Shown here piece by piece: positions 53,956 through 64,000 of a stretch of 64,000 nucleotides of DNA. The stretch is from the human T2T-CHM13v2.0 reference genome, Homo sapiens, in assembly GCF_009914755.1 (NCBI RefSeq), contig NC_060937.1; one strand, written 5' to 3'. The notes under the pieces are model-generated. The model was given only the letters and a program-made list of their open reading frames with translations, ran no database searches and was not told the origin of the DNA. The translations under genes and the position numbers were made by a program. How positions within the stretch are numbered: the stretch's first letter is position 1; each line of letters begins with the position of its first letter.

Positions 53956-54185
53956 AACAGCTAACATGTTTAGTGTTCACCATATTCGGTTACCAGGATA
54001 AATATTTTCACATACGTTATTTTACATCATTTCTGTGACATAGATATTATCATTGGGTCAATTTTATAAATGAAGAAACTGAAGCTCAAGAGTGGTAACT
54101 TGCCAAAAGTCACACAACAAAGGAATGTCAGGGTCAGCCTTTGCACGTTTGTTAGACTCAAGTCTGAATAATTACAACTGCATTA
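53956..54185 (-). mobile_element. MIR fragment
   Basis: ATTTTATAAATGAAGAAACTGAAGCTCAAGAG...TAACTTGCCAAAAGTCACAC. Confidence 0.7.
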
Positions 54186-54853
54186 GGTGGATTTGGGCTA
54201 GGTCATGAGGCAATAGGATAAGGATGCAGGGAATGGGAAGATTAGCCTGTTAGTAGAGCTGAAGACCATTATATCTTATGTTCATTTGTTCACTTAATAT
54301 TTACTTTCTTCTTACATGTGCCACATCCTCTACAATGATGATTGAGAGGTAAGAATTTGATGCCCTAAACTAGATGTTCCATAATCTTGCAATTACTTTT
54401 TTTAATTAAACCTGTTAATTTATGACTATTTCATTAGCTACCATAAGCATTTTCTAAGTGAAAGTCTAGTTCACCTGTCAAATATAGATAGGGAAGTATA
54501 AATGAAATGAACTATGAGGTGACTAGCTGAGGAAAGGTATACAATATGAAAAGCATTAAAAGGGAATGAGACAGAAACACAAAAGATTTAATGTAGGCCA
54601 GGGTCAGAATTTGAACTGTTGAAAGAAGGCAACTTTGAAGAAATTTTTAAGGGATAAAATTGATCACAATTTCTTGAACAATGGATACTTTTTATAGAAC
54701 TGAAAACCAAAGAACTCCCAGCTTCCACTAAGAGGACTACACAAATCTGGGGGCATATGCTAGGAAAATAAATGGGATAGAGAAAAATTACGAAGGCACT
54801 AGAAATGGAACGTCTGGGACAGTAAAGAGGTCCATATTAAAAAGTAAGTTGAA

Positions 54854-55194
<341 letters not shown>

Positions 55195-56949
55195 TCATGG
55201 CCTTTGCTTAATATTTCCTGCATTAACTGTAGAGTATCCTCCTAACAAAATGGAAGAAAATGGAAGAGAGGAGTTGTCTCGTGCAAAATCCACACTTATT
55301 TCAAAATGTTTGTATACTGGAAATAGAAGGATCAATGGAAAAGTAAAAATTGAAGTAGCTAAACATATTAGTAAAGGTCAAGAAAAACCAAGAACTGAAA
55401 TATTGTTACATATTTCCACACAGTATGAAAAAATACGTATGTTTCAGTTATTCCCATCAATGAGAAAGAAGAGTGTATGAATTTGGATTCTCAATAAAAG
55501 TTGGATCATGTCATCTGTATTCTTCTCATTGTTAAAGGGAGAAATGCCACGGTTAAATTTGAGGGAAGGATAATTCTCCAAAACAAAGTATACCTTTCAG
55601 TTGTAGACTCAGAATAACCTGTTTGACCGGACTGTATGTATCCATTGAAAATGAAATTTTGAATAATTTCTCTTAACTTTTTAATATCTTCATTTATTAG
55701 TCTCTGAAATCAAGTCTGGCAGTGGCACTGTGGAAATAACAGTTTTGCTCAAGCACAGTTAAAAGGGATGTTGACAAGCCTTGTTTAATCTTATTGATTT
55801 CTTGGCCTTTTGAAAAAGGGATACATAAAAGACTTGGGTTATTCAGATCAGTATATATGGAGAAGTGCTAAAAGAGCTATAACTGTTTAATTGGCAAACA
55901 TTTAGGCTATATTTCCTAAAGTAGGAACTCTGATTATAACTAGGCAAAATAATAATGTCCATTGACAATAAATAAATATTATGGTTTTAATTTCCTGTAC
56001 TGCATATTTCCATGCTCTACAGCAATAACACTAATGATGTTATATAACCAGAACAATGCAGAGCTGTTCCCCAATCAAGCCACATAGAAAAGTCACCTGG
56101 GCATTTTTATATAATATTGTGTCTGTCCCTATCTACTAAATCAGATTGGGTAAAGAGAATATAGATAAAATACATATTTTTAGAAGTACCTTAGGTGATT
56201 CTTATGTAGTCACCCCAACTATTCTTTTTTCAGATCAGCTCTTGAAGAAACATATTTATTCAGAATTTTAATTTATTTGTGGCTAAAAAAAAGAAATTTC
56301 ACAGCTGAGGATTAATTATACTAACATAAATTTGATAATAGAATTGAGTTTTAAGTTCTGCAATCTACAACATTCTAGAACACAGACAGAGGATTATTTA
56401 AATAATAGTACCATGTCATTTTCAAGAAATTATCCTTATGGGTGAGTTTGATTGGAAGAATTAGCTGAGCACAATTCAATAGGAAGATAGATTAGGGGAT
56501 AAAGATTTCACCTAGTTTATAATATATCTTTAGTTTTGTGCTTGTCTCAACCTATTTCATAAACCTCTTTTTGCACATGAGAAAACAATTATTAACTTGG
56601 CTGATCTACACACATTTCTGATATGAGGAATATATATTTGACTTTGGAGAAAAATATATAATCATAGCATTGGGATTCTTCAATAATATCTTTATTTTTT
56701 ATTCTGAGTGTGCTGTCACCACATACACAGTGGACCATAGCCTATGTTATTAGCTGACTATTTTCATGAACAGAAAGAACAAAAAGCAAGTGAATATAGA
56801 TCTCATACTCCCACTCTTGTGAGGACAGAGTTTCTAATCTGTATTTCATAATACTTATTGGGAAATGTTTGTTAGAGAATGGTCTCACTGAGCACTCTCA
56901 AGCAAGGTATAAAAAAACAAGCCCAAATTTCTGTGGATATGTGTAGTGG

Positions 56950-57660
56950 AAGGTATGCAAGTGTTTTATACAAGAAACTATGATATATTACTCAGGAGAA
57001 AATTAATTATATCTAACTAAATGGAAGGTAATTATTTCATGTTTATATATTGAAAAACCAGCAACATAAATATGTCATTTTTTCCCCAAATTATTCTATT
57101 TCTTGAAAGAAATACTAGCCATATATCAGCTGGGTATTTGCAGAAACTGGTAAATTAATTCTAAAATTCACATAGCAATGTAAATAGCCAGGATTGGTAG
57201 GACAAATTTAAATGAAAGGAAAAAGAGGTAGAGAATTGACAACAACAGGTATACAGATATTTGTTTGTGTTGGATGACCAATATCTTCTGATTTTCTAAC
57301 GTACAGCACAGTGACTATAATTAATAATATTGTATTGTTTACTGGATATTTGCTAAGAGAACAGATCTGAAGTGACCTCACCACGAACACACACACACAC
57401 GCATACATACACACAAACACACACAGTACGGTGTGGTGAAGACTGTGTTAATTAATTTTATTGTGGTAATAATTGCACAATATAAATGCTTATTGAATGA
57501 TGTTGTACACCTTGAATATATACAATTTTTACTTGACAATTATTCCTCAATAAACCTGGAAAAAATCTATAATGAATCTGTAGTAATTAAGAGAGTGTGG
57601 TAATAATAACACAAGAATTTTAAAAATTCGCCAAGGGAGCGGATTACAGAGTTCAGCAAT
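56950..57660 (+). mobile_element. Ancient L1M ORF2 remnant with an inserted L1M 3' end (about 57235-57565)
   Basis: CCCCAAATTATTCTAT...CTAAAATTCACATAG; GTACAGCACAGTGACTATA...CAATTATTCCTCAATAAA; then GTAGTAATTAAGAGAGTGTGG. Confidence 0.65.
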
Positions 57661-58676
57661 ATACACGATAGGATTCCTCGAATGGACTTCTGCTTGAAAC
57701 TCTCCACTGATTGGACGGTCCAAAATATTCAGAGACCTGTATTGTAACCTAGGGCACTGACTACCATTTCTTTCTTCTTTCTCTTATTTCAACAGCTATC
57801 AGGGCTGAATCGTGTTCTGAAGGTTCTTTTTGTCTTCTCTTGCCCTCTTCACCTTCACAGGTGTTTCCTCAAGATTCTTTTGATCATCTAATGTTAGCCT
57901 GGCTTCAGGGGACCCAAACTGACACTATAACCTAAGAAAAGGTGTGTGTGTTCACATGAAAAGTAACCATTGCAGCACACTACCTGGGACATGTATTCTG
58001 TACCTGTATATTAAAATGCATGGTATTATGCCAAATCAAGCCTTTTTTAAAAAAAATCATAGTCATTGAGACTAAATTTCATTTTAAGTCATTAATATTC
58101 ATAATATTCACCAACTGATCTTGAATATCAGAATAACGATCATTACATTTGACATACCTGTAATTAATAAAATATTCAATTGATTTTTGAAAAGTACCAT
58201 AAAACAGCCTTTTATAGAAGTACACTAATTTCAAAGTATATTTGTCTTCTCTCTTTAAATTTTGAATATTGCCACTGTAATCTAATTATCAGTGTCTTTA
58301 TCAGAATTATTTGTCATTATTTATTAAGAAAATTACCCTGTCCCATGCTATGGTATGTGGGATAGAAAATAAAGTAAATATGTTGCTAATTGTGTTCTAC
58401 TATATCCCGTTAATTAGATTAGACTATTTGAGCTATTCCACAATGGTAATTAATTAGCACTTGCTTGTCATTACTCTCAAGTAGTTCATGTTAATAAGGA
58501 TAACATACAAATTGGAAAACTGCTGGAAGTACTGTATTTAGAAATACTACATTTGGTCATAGAACAGACCAGCCTAATCTATGTACAAAGAATTTAAATA
58601 AAAGAGAGAATCCAATGTATTATATGTTCTAATTGTAATGCCTAAAATTTAGAAAACTGAAAGATATTTTCACATA

Positions 58677-59272
58677 ATATATTGGTTTCTATTGCTGCTG
58701 TAATAATTTGCCACAAATTTCGTGGCTTAAAACAATATCTTTTTTTCTCATAGTTCTATAAGTGATAAATCTGGTATGCCTTATTAGGTTTCCTGCTCCA
58801 GGTATCATAAGACCAACGTAAAGCAAAATCAAGGTATCATTCACTGGGTATCACTCTATCTGGAGGCTTTGGAGAAGAATCTACTTCCAAGGTTATTCAG
58901 GTTGTTTACAAAATCCAGTTTCTTACAGGAGTGTCATTGATGGCTGTCAGCTTGATGTCTGCTACTGTACCCCAAGGCTATATGTCATTCCCTCTCAAGT
59001 GACCTCTTCCAACTTCAAAGCAACAAGGGCACATTGAATCCTTTTCCTGCTTTGAATCTCTCTGACTTCTTCAGCCATCAGCTGGAAAAAAATTCTCTGC
59101 TTTTAAAATCTCAAATGGTTAGGTCAGGCCTCTGGGATAATCTAGTATTTTAAAGTCAGCTGTGCCACATAATATGTAATAATGGCAGAGATGTCTCTCA
59201 TAGTCACATGTTCCAGGGATCAGAATATGTCATCTTGCTGGAGGGGAGGGTTAGGATTCTGCCTGTGATACA
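58677..59272 (-). mobile_element. MLT1E/F-like MaLR LTR
   Basis: TTTCTATTGCTGCTGTAATAATTTGCCACAAA...GGAGAAGAATCTACTTCCAAG...TTAGGATTCTGCCT. Confidence 0.75.
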
Positions 59273-59578
59273 CAGATTACCTATGAAGATGGTATAATAA
59301 TTATGACATTATCATGATCACAATTAAACTTTCAGAGGCTCAGAGATTGATAGCAATTTATATAAATTCTGGTAGTTTGTAATAAAGTTAGCTAGCTCTC
59401 GAATCAAAAATCTTTGAATAAATTTATTTCCCAAACAAGTATTCTTATAAGAACTGAGCTACACAGATACAAAAAAGGAAGACGTAAATACCTCCAATGG
59501 TCAATACAATGATATGGGGTTTCATTTTTGGTTTGGTTTTTTATTTTGGTAAAAGATAATCTGTGGAAATAAAGGTAA

Positions 59579-60292
<714 letters not shown>

Positions 60293-60392
60293 GTATATAG
60301 TAAATATTTGAGCTCATAAGTGATTACATTCAGCAGAACATCCGAAAGATTATTCTCAATTATCATTTTAATGGTCTATTTCTCTTGACCTG

Positions 60393-60685
60393 GCACTACC
60401 TAATATATAAGCCCTTCCTATATATAATTATTGAGCACTTAAAATACGCTATCAGATATAAAAAGCATAATTGATATTGAAGGTTTGATATGTAAAAGCA
60501 AAAATATAAGATATTGCATTAATACTCATGTAATGATTACATTTGAAATAATATTTTGAAAATATTAGGTAAAATAAATTAGTAAAACTAACCTTAACTG
60601 CTTCTTTTTAATTATTCTTAATGTGGCTTCTTGAAAAATTTTTAATTACATCTGTGTCACATTATGTATCTATTGAACAATGCTG
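60393..60685. mobile_element. MER33 hAT-Charlie DNA transposon
   Basis: TATTGAGCACTTAAAAT...GATTACATTTGAAATAATATTTTG...TAATGTGGCT...CTATTGAACAATGCTG. Confidence 0.7.
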
Positions 60686-61642
60686 CTTTAAAACAATATA
60701 ACAAGAAATGCTCTTCAGGATACATTTCTTGTATATCATTGTTTATCTAAGAGGAAATGGTTTATTTTTCTATTATCTACAGATCACCAAATAAATTATT
60801 TATAAATAAATATGTTATTCTTTTGCAAATGCTCAATTAATTTAAGTTGCTAAAAAATAAAAAGGAATAATCAGAATTTAAAGCTGTAAAAGCTATTAGA
60901 TTATTAGAATCAAAATAGAATATAAAGCGATGTGTCTAGTATAATCTCATTTTGCTCTTGTCTTTGTATTCCAGATCATTCCTCCGCTTGTTGAGCTCAT
61001 TTCTTCTCTCCTTGTAGGTCTGATAAATTGACCCCAGTGCTCATCTATTAATTCAAAAGAAGCTTTGTGCTTGCATCAGCGCTGCCTGACACAGGGGAAA
61101 ATGAGAAATGCGGCCATTGATATACAGAGAACGGCAATGTGGCTAAACTGAAGAGAGTAGGCTTTTGGCCAGCTACTTCCAACATGGCTCATTTCAAATT
61201 CTCACTTGTTCAACTAAAACAAAATATTAATGAATCTGCTGAATAAAGCTTATAAATGCTGAAGAATTAATAAGGGTGAAATCTGAAGGGCATAAGGATA
61301 TTTTTTTCAATAAATTCTCTTTGACCACTCATGCTCAGGTGTGTTATATGTTACCTCTTGTTTTTATGAATCCTTCCATTGTTGTAAATGGGCTCTGTAT
61401 AACCTTTTCAATTAGGAAAGATCAAAGAGACTTTGATAAAATATATTGCAAAGTTACCTATGCTTTAAAATTTAATAAAAATGACCAAATGACTAAGCAA
61501 GCACTGTTTGGTTAGAAAGTAGATTAATGTCAAGAATTATACTGAATGTAGGTAGCTATATCAAAAAAGAGTGATCATATGTATGGTTATGTTGCAAGGA
61601 GGAGAAAATAGTTAGATTTCTTAGTTTAAAAATAATTACCGG

Positions 61643-61929
61643 TGCTGGACGCCGTGGCTCATGCCTGTAATCCCAGCACTTTGGGAGGCCGAGGTGGATG
61701 GATCACAAAGTCGGGCGTTCAAGAACATCCTGGCCAACGTAGTGAAGCCCCATTTCCACCAAAAATACAAAAATTAGCTGGGCATAGTGGTGTGCACCTG
61801 TAGTCCCAGCTACTCGGGAGGCCGAGGCAGGAGAATCACTTGAATCTCCTGGGAAGCGGAAGTTTCAGTGAGCCGAGATGGCGCCACTGCACTCCAGCTT
61901 GGGCAACAGCGTGAGACTTTGTCTCAAAA
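61643..61929 (+). mobile_element. AluS whose tail is interrupted by an L1PA insertion
   Basis: Alu dimer. Its TSD AATAATTAC(C/T)GG lies at 61631-61642 and, beyond the L1, at 62393-62404. Confidence 0.9.
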
Positions 61930-61941
61930 GTAATATTAATA

Positions 61942-62375
61942 GTATTCCATGGTGTATATGTGCCACATTTTCTTAATCCAGTCTATCATTGTTGGACATT
62001 TGGGTTGGTTCCAAGTCTTTGCTATTGTGAATAAAAAATGATGAGTTCATGTCCTTTGTAGGGACATGGATGAAATTGGAAATCATCATTCTCAGTAAAC
62101 TATCGCAAGAACAAAAAACCAAACACCGCATGTTCTCACTCATAGGTGGGAATTGAACAATGAGATCACATGGACACAGGAAGGGGAACATCACACTCTG
62201 GGGACTGTTGTGGGGTGGGGAGAGGGGGGAGGGATAGCATTGGGAGATATACCTACTGCTAGATGACGAGTTAGTGGGTGCAGCACGCCAGCATGGCACA
62301 TGTATACGTATGTAACTAACCTGCACAATGTGCACATGTACCCTAAAACTTAAAGTATAATAAAAAAAATTTTTT
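61942..62375 (+). mobile_element. Young 5'-truncated, 5'-inverted L1 (L1PA2/PA3)
   Basis: Antisense piece 61942-62033 plus sense 3' end to CCCTAAAACTTAAAGTATAATAAAAA. Diagnostic GATGACGAGTTAG (GAG, not the L1HS-Ta ACA). 15-bp TSD AAAGTAATATTAATA at 61927-61941 and 62376-62390. Confidence 0.95.
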
Positions 62376-62672
62376 AAAGTAATATTAATAATAATAATTA
62401 CTGGAATGCAAATTTAGTTTCTTAACACATATAGGCACCAACTTAATTGAATAGAATTTTATTTGCTATGTTTACCTTTCAAGTGCATATTTTTTTACAT
62501 AAAAATTTTGTGAGAAATGTTTTCCTGTGTTTAAAAAGGAGTAAAGGTGTAAATTAAAGTGTATATATTTTATGGTAGCTACAGACAGCTCCATGTAAGT
62601 AGTACGAAGAAAGTAAACCTGCATTTATGTTAACTATGCATGGTTTCCTTGAAGACAAGATAATTTATCACA

Positions 62673-62996
62673 CATTTGTCTCTTGGTATTTGCAGGAGAT
62701 TGGTTGCAGGACCCCTACATATACTAAAATCTGAAAATCCTTCAGTCCCTTGCATAAAATGTTATCATATTTGCATATAACATACACAAACTTTCTTACA
62801 AATTGAAATCATCTCTAGATTGCTTATGATACCTAATGCAATGTAAATAGTATGTAAACAGTTGTTATACTACACTTTTGAAATTAGTATTGGTTTTTAT
62901 TGTTATATTGTTATTTTTATCTTTTTTTCTTATGTTTTTTATCTAAAGTTGGCTAAATCTGCAAATGCAGAACCTGTCAATTTGGAAAGTTGACTG
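62673..62996. mobile_element. MER2 TcMar-Tigger DNA transposon
   Basis: GATTGGTTGCAGGACCCC...AAATCATCTCTAGATTGCTTATGATACCTAATGCAATG...GTTGACTG|TA. Confidence 0.85.
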
Positions 62997-64000
62997 TACA
63001 ATATTCAAGCTTCAAAAATTTTAAACAGTAATAGTTTTGGAAGATTAGTGATGTGCTGGATTTGTGAAGAATGGAAGAGCATCGTTTTAAACACTTGGCT
63101 AAATATATTGGTGATATTTAAAATGGGTAATAAAGCATTCAACTAAAATTTTTGAAAAATAACAGACTAATAATCACTAAAGATAAATATAAAAGTAGTG
63201 TTTTTTTTTTAATAAAAGGGAAAAGCAGTTAATTTAATGCAAATCCAGATTTGGTTCTTGAAAGACTCAGAAGCTTGTAACAGCCCTTCTTACTCAAATT
63301 ATGAAAAAGAATACAAAACCACTACAGTCGAATCTAGACAATAAAATAAATAAATATACTATTAAATATACATAAATATACCATTAAAATTATTAGAGAT
63401 TACTTGCTATAGTTAATTGTAGGATATTGCTTGCTCCATGGTAATAAATATGAGCATTTGATTGCCATGCTGAATTTTCTTGGAAAATGAAAAAAATTCA
63501 AAGTGAGTTAAACAGAGGTTGAAAATATAAATAAACTGAGAAAAGAAATTTGGTAACTTTTCATAAAACAAACCTTTGGAAAATAGCTCACTTCATGAAA
63601 AAATATTTTTACATCTTAAGGATATATAATTATTGTGCAACTTTAAAGTTTTCATAACATAAAGGAAACAGTAATTTTTTAAATTATTTTAAAAGTAAAT
63701 GCACAATTGATGCAAAGACTTAAGAAAAATATATGAAATAAAAATAAAGATTTATAGAATTCATATTTATGCCTATAGAGTCCAAAATTACATTATTACT
63801 AAGTATAATTCAATGTGGTATTTGAAACATAATTTACCACATTATATTCCAACTTCTTTTATGTCTGTAGCCAAATAACTATGTATTTGTTAAAGAAGTG
63901 TTGTTGTGTTGTATGAAAATTATAGGATTTTTTTTATTTTTATTTTTTTAAATAACAAGTAAGCTTTAGACTTTTCTCTGTCTTCTTTCCTGCTGTCTGG

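Noticed and set aside
61973-62335. 120-aa minus-strand ORF
   Set aside because: Antisense L1 3'UTR fused to the inverted piece, with no evidence of coding function.

Overview
Eukaryotic, primate (hominoid, most likely human) non-coding DNA. It is very AT-rich and looks like a gene desert or deep intron. No credible protein-coding gene, RNA gene, CRISPR array or prokaryote-type system is visible. The listed ORFs are chance frames or translations of Alu, L1, LTR, Tigger or microsatellite sequence. The window is a mosaic of interspersed repeats: solo LTRs with intact target-site duplications (MER11A, THE1B, LTR28-like, MER4-in-MER4, LTR1, LTR46-like), old MaLR LTRs, ERVL internal pol remnants, ancient L1M fragments, one young 5'-inverted L1PA2/3, nine Alus, and DNA transposons (Tigger1, Tigger2a, MER1B, MER2, MER33, MER45A). 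The most unusual structure is an ~84-bp inverted duplication of ERVL pol sequence with a perfect 31-bp core (20649-20732 / 21805-21888) that brackets a palindromic 28-bp minisatellite block. Also notable: an L1PB fragment with apparent clustered AT-to-GC changes, several nested insertions, a dense ERV1 LTR cluster, and a few unique-sequence islands with CpG or splice signals. Subfamily names come from my recall of consensus sequences, not from a RepeatMasker run, and boundaries of old elements are approximate.
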